A stretch of 32,000 bases of DNA from Pyrodictium occultum (lineage in GTDB: Archaea; Thermoproteota; Thermoprotei_A; Sulfolobales; Pyrodictiaceae): assembly GCF_001462395.1 (NCBI RefSeq), contig NZ_LNTB01000001.1, positions 510,001-542,000 of the forward strand, given 5' to 3'. Numbering within the stretch: the first letter of the stretch is position 1; every line of letters starts with the position of its first letter. The translations under genes and the position numbers were made by a program. Under the pieces are notes generated by a model. That model made no database searches and was not told the DNA's origin. It saw nothing but the letters and a program-made list of their open reading frames with translations. This document shows positions 24,173 to 32,000 of the stretch, in pieces.

Positions 24173-25954
24173 CTAGGACGTGGGGGTTCCGATCTCCTCT
24201 AGGCTAGCCCCCTCTATGAACTTCTTCACAGCCTCTGCAATGCGGTTTACGGGGACCCTCACCTGCTTCCACGTATCCCTATCCCTCAGCGTAACGGTGT
24301 TGTCTTCGAGCGTCTGGTAGTCTACGGTTATCGCGGCCGGCACTCCTATCTCGTCTACACGTGCATACCTGCGGCCTATGCTTCCATCATCATCGTATAT
24401 CGCGTACATGCCATTCTCCAGGAGCTTCCTCCATATGTCTCTAGCAATCCTGACAAGACTCTCCTCACGCACTATCGGGAACACAGCGGCCTCGATCGGG
24501 GCTATTCTCCGGGGCAGGCGGAGCACAACCCTCTCGCCACGCTCGCTGTAGGCGTGGTCGAGGGCTACGAAGATGAGCCTCTCCACGCCAAATGAAGGCT
24601 CTGCTACGTGTGGTAGGAAGCGCTTCCCAGTAACCTTCTCCTCCTTCTCTATGATCTTTATGTGCTCTGCCGGTATTTTCTCGCCGGCCACCTCTATGTA
24701 GCCTTTCTCCCTCAGCTCCTTCTCGGCAGTCTCGGGGTCTAGCGACCGGGCTGCCTCTAGTATCTCGCGGGCACGCTTCCGGAAGGTCCTGCCAACCCAG
24801 GCACGGTCTAGGAGCACCATCTTCTTTCTGACTATCTTGGGCTCCTGGTACTGCTTAAAGACACGGAGATCATGTCCACTGTACTGCATGTGCCTCCGCA
24901 GATCATAGTCTGTACGATAGGCATGGCCGGAGACCTCCACCCAGCCTAGCCTGCTCACCCTAACCAGCTGGTCAAAGGTCTGGGCGGCGTAGTGGGCTCT
25001 TTCCTCCGGCGCCTTCTCCTCGAAGTACATGTCCCCGTAGGGTACGCCCAACTCCATGACGAAGTCGCGCGCTATAGCCATCCAGTAAGCCAGCCAGGGG
25101 GTTCTGACAACCCCCTCCTCTATGGCCTCGCGGACCCCGTACTCCTCGGGCTTCTCCTCTCCCTGCGCCTTGGCCTCGGCGCGGAGTATGCGTAGCTTAC
25201 GGTGCTCAACACTCCCTAGAAGCTCCTCTAGAACGCCCCCGTGCCAGGGATCCTCCGGGTCGAAGAAGAACTCCATCTCGGCTATAGTGAACTCTCGGAG
25301 CCTCATAATACCCTGCCTGGGCGATATCTCGTTCCTGGCAACCCTCCCTACCTGCGCTATGCCCAGAGGCAGCCTCTGCCGGCTGACCTCGAAGACCCTC
25401 TTGAAGGATACGAACATGCCCTGCGCGGTCTCCGGCCGCAGGTAGCCCACGCTTTCGCTGTAGGGGCCTATTGTAGTCTTGAAGAGGAGGTTGAACGCCC
25501 TTACCTCGCTGAGGGGGCCGCCGCACACGGGGCACCTTATATCGTGCTCCCGTATTATCCTCGTCATCTCCTCGAGGGTGAGTCCCTCAGCCCTTATCCC
25601 AGTCTTCTCCTCTATAAGATGGTCGGCTCTGAACTTCCGGCGGCAGCGGAGGCACTCTACAATTGGGTCGGTGAAGTGCTCTAGGTGCCCGCTGGCCTCA
25701 AACACCTTGGCAGGGGCTATGACTGGTGTCTCTATCTCGACAACTATGTGGTTGTGGCGGCGTATGAAGTAGTCGCGCCAGAGAGCCACTATCTTCTCCT
25801 TCAGCCTTACCCCGAGCGGGCCGAGGTCGTAGAAGCCTGCGACACCGCCATAGATCTCGTAGCTCGGCCAGAAGAAGCCCCTCCTCTTAGCCAGCTCTAT
25901 TACCCTATCATACCTGTCCTTCGCTATAGTGTTGCTCGCCGCCATAGCCTGCAT
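24173..25954 (-). CDS. glyS: Glycyl-tRNA synthetase (archaeal/eukaryotic alpha2 type)
   Basis: Carries RRGFFWPSYEIYGGVAGFYDLGPLG, RPETAQG, FRNEISPR-like (ARNEISPRQG), REFTIAEMEFF and a C-terminal anticodon-binding domain. I start at the ATG at 25954 (or 25945). The track's 657-aa form adds 64 Arg-rich codons that would overlap the divergent speB start. Confidence 0.93.
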   Translation of the reverse strand: MQAMAASNTIAKDRYDRVIELAKRRGFFWPSYEIYGGVAGFYDLGPLGVRLKEKIVALWRDYFIRRHNHIVVEIETPVIAPAKVFEASGHLEHFTDPIVECLRCRRKFRADHLIEEKTGIRAEGLTLEEMTRIIREHDIRCPVCGGPLSEVRAFNLLFKTTIGPYSESVGYLRPETAQGMFVSFKRVFEVSRQRLPLGIAQVGRVARNEISPRQGIMRLREFTIAEMEFFFDPEDPWHGGVLEELLGSVEHRKLRILRAEAKAQGEEKPEEYGVREAIEEGVVRTPWLAYWMAIARDFVMELGVPYGDMYFEEKAPEERAHYAAQTFDQLVRVSRLGWVEVSGHAYRTDYDLRRHMQYSGHDLRVFKQYQEPKIVRKKMVLLDRAWVGRTFRKRAREILEAARSLDPETAEKELREKGYIEVAGEKIPAEHIKIIEKEEKVTGKRFLPHVAEPSFGVERLIFVALDHAYSERGERVVLRLPRRIAPIEAAVFPIVREESLVRIARDIWRKLLENGMYAIYDDDGSIGRRYARVDEIGVPAAITVDYQTLEDNTVTLRDRDTWKQVRVPVNRIAEAVKKFIEGASLEEIGTPTS

Positions 25955-26037
25955 CCTCGCGGCCCTATAGCCCCGTCTGAAGAGTGTTATAGTGGTTCTC
26001 CCCCGGGCAGCTGCAGTCGCCCGGGGGAGGGCTCGGC

Positions 26038-26976
26038 ATGGGTCTTCTAGACCTCTACGTGTCCAGAGCACCTCTCTACTTCGGCGGTGTAGAGACCGAG
26101 CCGGAGAAGGCCGACATGCTGGTAATAGGTATTCCCTATGACGCAACCTCGAGCTATCGTCCAGGCTCCCGCTTCGCGCCTCGAACGGTTAGGGAGGCAG
26201 CAGCTAACATAGAGTTCTACTCGCTCCGGGCGGGGCTTGACCTTGAGGCGTACCGGGTGGCGGACCTCGGTGACATTGTGTTGCCGGTGAGGCCGCAGGA
26301 GGCTGTGAAGAGGATAGAGGCGGTAGTGGCTGAGGTGCTGGGGAGGTATCCAGGGAAGCTTGTGGCGTTGATAGGAGGCGAGCATAGTATAACTCTAGGC
26401 TCCTTCTCGGCCGTGGCTCGCGTGGAGGAGGAGCCATGCCTCCTGGTGGCGGACGCACATTTCGACCTCCGCGACGAGTACATGGAGGAGAAGTATAGCC
26501 ACGCTAGTGTGATGAGAAGGATCGCCGAGGCCTATGGTAGTGAGCGCCTCTTCTACATAGGGGTCAGGGCCTTTGCGGGGGAGGAGGTAGAGTACGCTAG
26601 GGAGAAGCATATAGAGTATGTAACTAGCCATAGCGTGAGGCTGCTAGGCGTCAGGGAGGTTGTCGCCCGGGCTGCCAGATGGATCAGGAGAGTAGGCTGC
26701 AAGACGCTCTATGTAAGCGTAGATATGGACGGCTACGACCCAGCTTACGCACCGGGTGTAGCCAACCCGGAGCCCGAGGGGCTGGAGCCCTGGATGCTCC
26801 TCGATATCCTGTTCAAGGTAGTGGCTGAGAGTGGTGCAAGGCTAAGGGTGGTGGATGTTGTGGAGGTCTCGCCGCCCTACGACTACAGCGGGATTACCTC
26901 AATACTGGCTGCGAAAACGCTGCTAGAGCTCTTCGCCGCCTACCAGGTCCAGAAGAGCGGGGCCAGGGGAGGCTAG
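26038..26976 (+). CDS. speB: Agmatinase (ureohydrolase family)
   Basis: 312-aa ORF with GIPYDATSSYRPGSRFAP, IGGEHSITLG, DAHFDLRD, SVDMDGYDPAYAPGV and EVSPPYD, the Mn-binding motif set of agmatinase/arginase. Confidence 0.9.
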   Translation: MGLLDLYVSRAPLYFGGVETEPEKADMLVIGIPYDATSSYRPGSRFAPRTVREAAANIEFYSLRAGLDLEAYRVADLGDIVLPVRPQEAVKRIEAVVAEVLGRYPGKLVALIGGEHSITLGSFSAVARVEEEPCLLVADAHFDLRDEYMEEKYSHASVMRRIAEAYGSERLFYIGVRAFAGEEVEYAREKHIEYVTSHSVRLLGVREVVARAARWIRRVGCKTLYVSVDMDGYDPAYAPGVANPEPEGLEPWMLLDILFKVVAESGARLRVVDVVEVSPPYDYSGITSILAAKTLLELFAAYQVQKSGARGG

Positions 26977-26993
26977 TGGAGGGCCAAGCGATC

Positions 26994-27200
26994 CTATATG
27001 GCCTTTACCAGTTTACGGCCCGGCGGCCTAACCTTGTAGACTACCCTATAGCCGCAGTAGGGGCACTTAACGCTAGGCATGTACTCCAGGTCTAGGGCTG
27101 TGAACTCCATGCCGCAGCGGCCGCACTTGTAGCGTATCATGGCCTTATCCTCTATGACGCCCGTCTCCTCCTCCCCATTGCGGGGTTCGTAAAGCTCCAT
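26994..27200 (-). CDS. rpoP: DNA-directed RNA polymerase subunit P (Rpo12/RpoP)
   Basis: The C-terminal 48 aa MIRYKCGRCGMEFTALDLEYMPSVKCPYCGYRVVYKVRPPGRKLVKAI match the RpoP zinc-ribbon pattern (Y.C..CG...........V.CP.CG.R...K.R......VKAI). The real start may be the ATG at 27140 (GAGGA 7 nt upstream) rather than 27200. The 20-aa acidic extension is unsupported. Confidence 0.85.
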   Translation of the reverse strand: MELYEPRNGEEETGVIEDKAMIRYKCGRCGMEFTALDLEYMPSVKCPYCGYRVVYKVRPPGRKLVKAI

Positions 27201-27333
27201 AGAGCCTCGCCCGGTAAGAGGCCTCCAGGCATGCGAAATCCTTATAAGAATAGCTCTCCAGCTAGCTCACTATGGAGCCACATCCCCCTGAAGGCATAGA
27301 AGGCGAAAAGCTAGAAGGAAGGGATAGGGCTCT

Positions 27334-27645
27334 ATGAGTGGAGATATGTCCTCCCTCTGTGGCGGTCTCCCGCCCGAGCTCTGCGAGCAGCTGGCCCGCG
27401 AGCAGCAGGTGATCAAGATAAAGCTCGAGAGACGCCGCTACGGGCGCGAGGTAACAATAATCGAGGGTCTGGACGAGCGAGAAGTTGATCTCAAGAAGCT
27501 GGCCTCTCAGCTGAAGTCAAAGCTAGCCACGGGAGGCACCTATAAGAAGGGGCGTATAGAGCTTCAAGGAGACCACCGCCACAGGGTTAAAGAGATCCTG
27601 GTTGAGATGGGGTTCCCCGAAGAGAACATTATAATAGTGGAGTAA
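27334..27645 (+). CDS. Translation initiation factor aSUI1 (eIF1 homologue)
   Basis: 103-aa ORF: [22 protein letters not shown]...[41 protein letters not shown], the SUI1 fold signature. Confidence 0.93.
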   Translation: MSGDMSSLCGGLPPELCEQLAREQQVIKIKLERRRYGREVTIIEGLDEREVDLKKLASQLKSKLATGGTYKKGRIELQGDHRHRVKEILVEMGFPEENIIIVE

Positions 27646-27716
27646 TGCTCTCTGAGGTACGCATCCTCCTTGAGCCAGTAGCATCTCAGTCCTCCTCCCG
27701 TACCGGCGCCCCGAGG

Positions 27717-28226
27717 TTAGCTTGAGTAGAGCGATAGCGCGTGCAGCACAACGGCCACCGGCTTATCGAGTGCCAGCAGCTCGAACAGCTCCGGGAAGAG
27801 CGGGGTGCTCAGCAGCGCTATATATGAAGCGGTCTCAACAATCTGGTTGGCCTGCTTGAAGGTGAGCTGCCGCACCCCTATATGTTCAATCACCTCAAGA
27901 TACGACCTATGTATCTCGTAGACCTCTGTGGCTTCGGGCCATACTGAAGGCTCTCTAGAGCTAACCATGTATACGAGGTGGAGGCTGAGCCAGAGCGCCT
28001 GGAGCGCTCTTGCCGCGTCCTCGTAGGTTCCCGGGAGTAGTATGTTGAAGCCTCCCGTCTCCTCGTCCACTTCCGTCCATTCAGCTCCCTTCCGGGAGAG
28101 GTAGGCGTAGAGATTTCTGCGCAGCGTTTTGAGTGCTTTCGAGTGCTTCTCGTCGAGATCTTCGCCTGCCAGCTGCTCCATGGGCCAGGCTGTTATAGCC
28201 CATGCTATGGGCCTGGAGCCGTACAT
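27717..28226 (-). CDS. Hypothetical protein
   Basis: 169-aa ORF, predicted mostly helical, with no recognisable motif. It is the only sizeable ORF in this interval. Confidence 0.5.
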   Translation of the reverse strand: MYGSRPIAWAITAWPMEQLAGEDLDEKHSKALKTLRRNLYAYLSRKGAEWTEVDEETGGFNILLPGTYEDAARALQALWLSLHLVYMVSSREPSVWPEATEVYEIHRSYLEVIEHIGVRQLTFKQANQIVETASYIALLSTPLFPELFELLALDKPVAVVLHALSLYSS

Positions 28227-28487
28227 GCGGATCAGGTGGTGTATGGCTACTATCCTTAGCGCTATGAACCGGTCGGTGGGTATTGCTCCTCTCCCTCCCA
28301 GGGTGAAGGCTTAGCCTCCTTACAGGATACAGCTTTAGGGTTGGACTTGTTTGAGGAACTCGTAGGCTGGGAGTAAATTTTTTAAGGATGTTTTTCGGAA
28401 TAGTATGGGCGGGGCTTTAAGGGTTGCGGGCATCTTAGTTGCGGCCCGCCCTCAGCCTCTAAGGCCGTATATACAGGTGGCCCGGCC

Positions 28488-29423
28488 TTGGTGACTAAGG
28501 AGCAGGCCCCTAGGGCCTCGGGGGAGAAGGAGGAAGGGTGTCCCCCCGAATATATAGTGTTCGACGAGGAGAGGGGCGAGTACATCTGCACGCTTACGGG
28601 AGAGGTAGTTGAGGAGACGGTTATAGATACAGGGCCCGAATGGAGGGCTTACACACCTGAGGAGAGGACCCGCAGAAGCCGCGTGGGCAGCCCGCTTACC
28701 CACACTCTCCCCGACTATGGTATACTCACCACTATCTCCGGCTACCGTGACGCGAACGGCCGTAAGCTCGAGGCGCGCCTCCGCATTGAGGCCAGCCGTC
28801 TACGCAGGCTCCAGGCGAAGCTTCGCGCAACCACTAGTATAGAGAAGAACATAGAGCAGGCGGCCCGTGAGATAACCAGGCTGGTCGAGGCTCTCAACCT
28901 GCCCCGTGGCATTATTGACACCGCCATGATGATCTACCGGCAGGCGGCGGAGAAGGGCCTGGTCCGCGGCCGCAGCCTCGAGTCGATGGCTGCGGCAGCT
29001 GTCTATGCTGCCTGCCGTATACGCGGCATACCCAGGAGTATAGACGACATAGCGGAGGTCGTGAAGGGTGGCCGTAAGGAGGTTGCCCGCTGCTACCGCC
29101 TCATAGTCCGCGAGCTGAAGCTCCGCATGCCTATAGTTGACCCGGTCCGCTACGTGTCCAGGATAGTCTCGGCCCTCCGGCTGAGCCCTGCCGTGGAGAG
29201 GAGGGCTGCGGAGATACTCGTCCAGGCGCGTAAGATGGGGCTTACAGCCGGCAAGGATCCAGCGGGGCTTGCGGCAGCGGCTATATACATAGCCGCTCTG
29301 GAGCTTGGGGAGAGGAGGACTCAGAAGGAGATAGCTGCAGCAGCCGGCGTCACAGAGGTTACGGTTAGGAACCGCTACAAGGAGCTGGTTCAGAAGCTTA
29401 ACATACCGCTCCCAGCCCAGTAG
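28488..29423 (+). CDS. tfb: Transcription initiation factor B (TFB)
   Basis: 311-aa ORF (TTG 28488 or GTG 28491). It has GCPPEYIVFDEERGEYICTLTGEVVEETVIDTGPEWRAYTPEE (ribbon/B-reader region), then two cyclin-fold repeats and the C-terminal TQKEIAAAAGVTEVTVRNRYKEL HTH. Confidence 0.95.
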   Translation: MVTKEQAPRASGEKEEGCPPEYIVFDEERGEYICTLTGEVVEETVIDTGPEWRAYTPEERTRRSRVGSPLTHTLPDYGILTTISGYRDANGRKLEARLRIEASRLRRLQAKLRATTSIEKNIEQAAREITRLVEALNLPRGIIDTAMMIYRQAAEKGLVRGRSLESMAAAAVYAACRIRGIPRSIDDIAEVVKGGRKEVARCYRLIVRELKLRMPIVDPVRYVSRIVSALRLSPAVERRAAEILVQARKMGLTAGKDPAGLAAAAIYIAALELGERRTQKEIAAAAGVTEVTVRNRYKELVQKLNIPLPAQ

Positions 29424-29460
29424 CCCCCATGCACGGGGGCGCCGTCCCCGGGCTCTTTTC
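29423..29460 (+). terminator. GC hairpin plus T4 tract after tfb
   Basis: GCCCCC (29423-29428) pairs with GGGGGC (29435-29440) around a 6-nt loop, directly at the TAG stop. TTTT follows at 29456-29459. Confidence 0.3.
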
Positions 29461-29554
29461 CCCCTCCCTACCGAGGCTCCCAACCGGCCGTTGGGCGAGG
29501 GAAGGGCTGTTAACCCATATCCTTCCGGGCTTCTACGTCCTCGGTGGCTAAGGT

Positions 29555-31252
29555 GTGGCCGGGCAGGGTATAGATGACGTGAGGAAGGCTAGATTCCTCC
29601 GCGAGCCGGTGGTGGAGTCCCGCGGCGAGCTTAAGCACTGGATAGACGCTCTGGCAGACTGGCTCGAGGAGCGGCTCCGCCGCAGGAGTAAGAGCGTCTA
29701 CGTGTTTAACGGGGGCCTCTCGGTCTCGGGGCTGCAGCATGTGGGCAGGCTCCGGGGAGAAGTGGTTATCCCCGAGGTTGTCCGCCGCATACTTGAGGCG
29801 AGGGGCCTCCGGGTTAAGCAGTACCTAACCCTGTACACGCAGGACGCGTGGAAGGGCAAGGAGAGCCAGCGCAGGGTCTTCCCGGACCCCGAGGACGCCA
29901 AGCGTTACACTGGCTGGCCCTTGATAAATGTCCCTGATCCCAGAGGCGAGCTCCCCAGCTGGGTCGACAGGTTCTGGGCCGACTTCGGCCCCTACCTGGG
30001 CGAGTTCACAGACGGGAGCATAGAGGTGGTAAAAACCACTGACATGTATCGTGGTAAGCTGCTGGAATTCGTGCGGCTCTCTATAGAGCGTCGCGAGGAG
30101 ATACGTGAGGTCGTGAACAAGTACCGTGGCCGCCGGCCATACCCGCCTGGCTGGATCCCCTTCGAGCCCCGGTGCCAGCAGTGCGGCAGGATAGACTCGA
30201 CCGAGGCCCTCGAAGCGAACCTGGAGAAGGGTATGGTCCGCTACCGGTGCCGCAGCTGCGGCCACGAGGGCTGGGCCCCGCTCTGGGACGGGAAGCTGAA
30301 CTGGCGCATAGAGTGGGTGGGCGTCTGGTGGGCCCTTGGCGTAGATTTTGAGCCCTACGGCAAGGACCACGCGACCCCGGGTGGGAGCAGGGATAGTGCT
30401 AACGAGCTGGCGCTGAAGGTGTATGGGATAGAGCCGCCGGAGGGGCTGCCCTACGAGTGGGTCGCCGTGAAGACGCGTGACGGAGAGGCTGATATGAGTA
30501 GTAGCGACTTCATAGGCTTTACGCCCCGCGAGTGGCTTGAGGTGGCGCATCCAGAGGTGCTCCGCTTCCTCATCCTCCGCACGCCCCCCATGAGGAAGCT
30601 GAGCCTAGGGCTCCACGATGTGCCCCTCTACTACGACCAGTACTACCGGGCTGAGAGGATCTACTACCGGGCCGAGTCTACTGGGAGGAGAGAGGAAGAC
30701 CTTCTCCTAGCCCGCAGCTACGAGCTTAGCTACACCCGAGGCGCCCCGCCGGAGAAGATGCCAGCCCAGCCGCCATACAGCCACGTTGCAATACTGGCCC
30801 AGGTGCTCCCCGAGGACCGGTGGCGGGAGGAGGCACCCCGCCGGCTCCAGAGGAGCGGCCATCTGCCCGAGAAGCCCAGCAAGCATGATCTCGAGAGGCT
30901 GCTGAGCCTCCTCCCCCGGGCCAAGAGGTGGGCCGAGCAGTACGCCCCCGAGCATATGAGGATAAGGATCCTCGAGGAGCCGCCCGGCGAGATCCTGGAG
31001 AGAATACCTCCAGGGATGCGCGAGAAGCTCCGCGGCCTCGGCGAGAGGCTCTCCCGGCTCGTCGACTGGAGTGAGGAATCCATCAAGCAGACTATGGTGG
31101 AGTACACTAGGGGCTGGAGCAGCAAGGAGCGGAGAGAGTTTTACCGCTACTTCTACCTGGTATTCGTGGGCAGGGAGAGCGGGCCTAGGGCGGCGCCGCT
31201 CCTCTCACTGCTCGACAGGGAGTTTGTACTGAGCCGCCTCCTGGGGTTATGA
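29555..31252 (+). CDS. Class I lysyl-tRNA synthetase homologue (LysRS1-like) with atypical signature loops
   Basis: 565-aa ORF (GTG start), colinear with archaeal LysRS1 as I remember it: HWID.LADW, SGLQHVG, Zn knuckles CQQCG...YRCRSCGHEGW, LNWRIEW...GVDFEPYGKDH, and C-terminal FYRYFYLVFVGRESGPRAAPLL. The KMSKS-equivalent loop reads DMSSSDF (see findings). Confidence 0.85.
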   Translation: MAGQGIDDVRKARFLREPVVESRGELKHWIDALADWLEERLRRRSKSVYVFNGGLSVSGLQHVGRLRGEVVIPEVVRRILEARGLRVKQYLTLYTQDAWKGKESQRRVFPDPEDAKRYTGWPLINVPDPRGELPSWVDRFWADFGPYLGEFTDGSIEVVKTTDMYRGKLLEFVRLSIERREEIREVVNKYRGRRPYPPGWIPFEPRCQQCGRIDSTEALEANLEKGMVRYRCRSCGHEGWAPLWDGKLNWRIEWVGVWWALGVDFEPYGKDHATPGGSRDSANELALKVYGIEPPEGLPYEWVAVKTRDGEADMSSSDFIGFTPREWLEVAHPEVLRFLILRTPPMRKLSLGLHDVPLYYDQYYRAERIYYRAESTGRREEDLLLARSYELSYTRGAPPEKMPAQPPYSHVAILAQVLPEDRWREEAPRRLQRSGHLPEKPSKHDLERLLSLLPRAKRWAEQYAPEHMRIRILEEPPGEILERIPPGMREKLRGLGERLSRLVDWSEESIKQTMVEYTRGWSSKERREFYRYFYLVFVGRESGPRAAPLLSLLDREFVLSRLLGL

Positions 31253-31262
31253 GGTACGACAA

Positions 31263-31267
31263 TTTTT
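31263..31267 (+). terminator. T5 tract 11 nt downstream of the LysRS-like stop codon
   Basis: TGA lies at 31250-31252, followed by GGTACGACAATTTTTCC. Oligo-T tracts are the archaeal termination signal. Confidence 0.35.
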
Positions 31268-31395
31268 CCAACAATTTACGATGGATGGTAGCTGTGCAGC
31301 CACCCCCGACAACCATCATTAACGAGCGTCAAAGATATTAGAGAGGCCAGCAGCCTTTAACGCGGGATAAAGCGGCTGGGAGGTGTGCCCACATC

Positions 31396-31815
31396 TTGCA
31401 GACTATAACACGCCCCGGCTACGCCACATGGTATAGAAGCGGAGTGGAGCAGGCCAGCATGCTTGCAAAAGCCAATGCTGCACGCCTAAAGTGCATACTC
31501 AAGTGCGCCTTCTCACTCAACGAGGAGGAGGCCCATGTACTATCATACCTCATAACCCGCGGCCGTGGAGCCATAGCGAAGGATATCGCCGAGGCCCTAG
31601 GCCGCAACCCCGAGGTAGTACGCCGCGCCCTACGCGGCCTACACGCTAAATCCCTCGTGGTAAGGAGGCCCTACCCTCTAAGGCGCGGCGGCAGAGCCTA
31701 CTTCTACGAAGTGCCCGACCACATAGTAGCCGCGCTCACGGAGGTCTGCGAGAAGGTAGGCGAGGTCATAGAGCTGGTAAACAATAACCGGAACGGCGGC
31801 AGCAGGGCCGGCTAG
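31396..31815 (+). CDS. Winged-helix transcriptional regulator (MarR/TrmB/ArsR-like)
   Basis: 139-aa ORF (TTG 31396; an ATG at 31459 is a plausible true start). The string EEEAHVLSYLITRGRGAIAKDIAEALGRNPEVVRRALRGLHAKSLVVRR is a typical wHTH with wing. Confidence 0.65.
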   Translation: MQTITRPGYATWYRSGVEQASMLAKANAARLKCILKCAFSLNEEEAHVLSYLITRGRGAIAKDIAEALGRNPEVVRRALRGLHAKSLVVRRPYPLRRGGRAYFYEVPDHIVAALTEVCEKVGEVIELVNNNRNGGSRAG

Positions 31816-32000
31816 CCCCTGACGGTCTCTCCAGCATGCCAGTAGCGCGCAAGGCTGTCCGGAATATTTCTTGGAGCCGCATATGATTCACCGGGATCGC
31901 TAACAAGCTGGCTGCCTGCCCGAAGGCTGACCCTAAGCCTTTATCTCAATATGCATCTCAGCCATACCTATCATGGCTATGTGCCTTAGTCCGTTGTAGA

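Noticed and set aside
25955-26146. 64-codon N-terminal extension of glyS in the 657-aa track ORF
   Set aside because: The extension is Arg/Pro/Ala-rich with no GlyRS homology, and it would overlap the divergent speB start by more than 100 nt. The conserved GlyRS N-terminus begins right after the ATGs at 25954/25945, and a TATA-like CTATAAC lies about 35 nt upstream on the minus strand.
28468-28473. TATATA immediately upstream of tfb as its TATA box
   Set aside because: It lies only about 15-20 nt from the TTG/GTG start. Normal archaeal geometry (TATA centred near -26) would put the TSS inside the ORF, downstream of the conserved N-terminus.
28800-29483. 227-aa minus-strand ORF antisense to tfb
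   Set aside because: It is a shadow ORF, and the plus-strand frame is unmistakably TFB.
29825-30550. 241-aa minus-strand ORF, plus 30730..31125(-), antisense to the LysRS-like gene
   Set aside because: These are shadow ORFs opposite a full-length LysRS1-like frame.
31300-31325. Minus-strand AUGAUGG (C-box-like) in the spacer after the LysRS-like gene
   Set aside because: There is no CUGA D or D' box at a suitable distance on that strand.
31933-32000. Possible 3' end of a minus-strand gene entering from the right edge (...YNGLRHIAMIGMAEMHIEIKA*)
   Set aside because: Only 22 codons are visible, which is too short to support any call.
1-32000. Window-wide look for tRNA (T-loop GGTTCGAATCC-like), rRNA, CRISPR repeat arrays, and IS/transposase or integrase genes
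   Set aside because: I found no T-loop/acceptor pattern in any spacer, no regularly spaced repeats, and no ORF with transposase or integrase motifs. This was a by-eye scan and could miss intron-containing or atypical tRNAs.

Overview
Gene-dense, GC-rich archaeal chromosome segment (mid-to-high 50s % GC by eye, not computed). The gene set looks crenarchaeal (Thermoprotei, Desulfurococcales-like): an aKMT-type lysine methyltransferase, a small EndA catalytic subunit, TFB with a Cys-poor N-terminal ribbon, Nop5-fibrillarin, and frequent TAG stops. I support about 34 protein genes, nearly all housekeeping. They include MTAP, a UbiA-type prenyltransferase, Taw3, Nop5, fibrillarin, AspRS, an alternative-heme (Ahb) module of radical SAM / fused AhbA-B / radical SAM, and deoxyhypusine synthase. 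Also present are a 5-FCL-like protein, aKMT, UbiE-like and UbiX, EndA, a DUF47/PhoU-like protein, a large B12-like radical SAM protein, GlyRS, agmatinase, RpoP, aSUI1, TFB and a class I LysRS homologue. Genes are packed tightly, with several overlaps and two convergent pairs sharing a CTAG stop. I saw no rRNA, tRNA, CRISPR array, transposase or integrase. I did not find a convincing new multi-gene system, and the window reads as core genome. The best leads are: (1) a LysRS1-like protein with a non-canonical KMSKS-type loop; (2) a flavodoxin/B12-like + radical SAM + TRAM-like protein with a split CX24CX2C cluster motif; (3) two candidate box C/D sRNAs, one with correct TATA geometry and a 9-nt direct repeat in a bidirectional promoter shared with the heme cluster; (4) a roughly 490-bp low-GC orphan spacer; (5) several uncharacterised Cys-rich or small proteins. 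All functional calls come from motif recognition by eye and from memory of family consensus, not from database searches.
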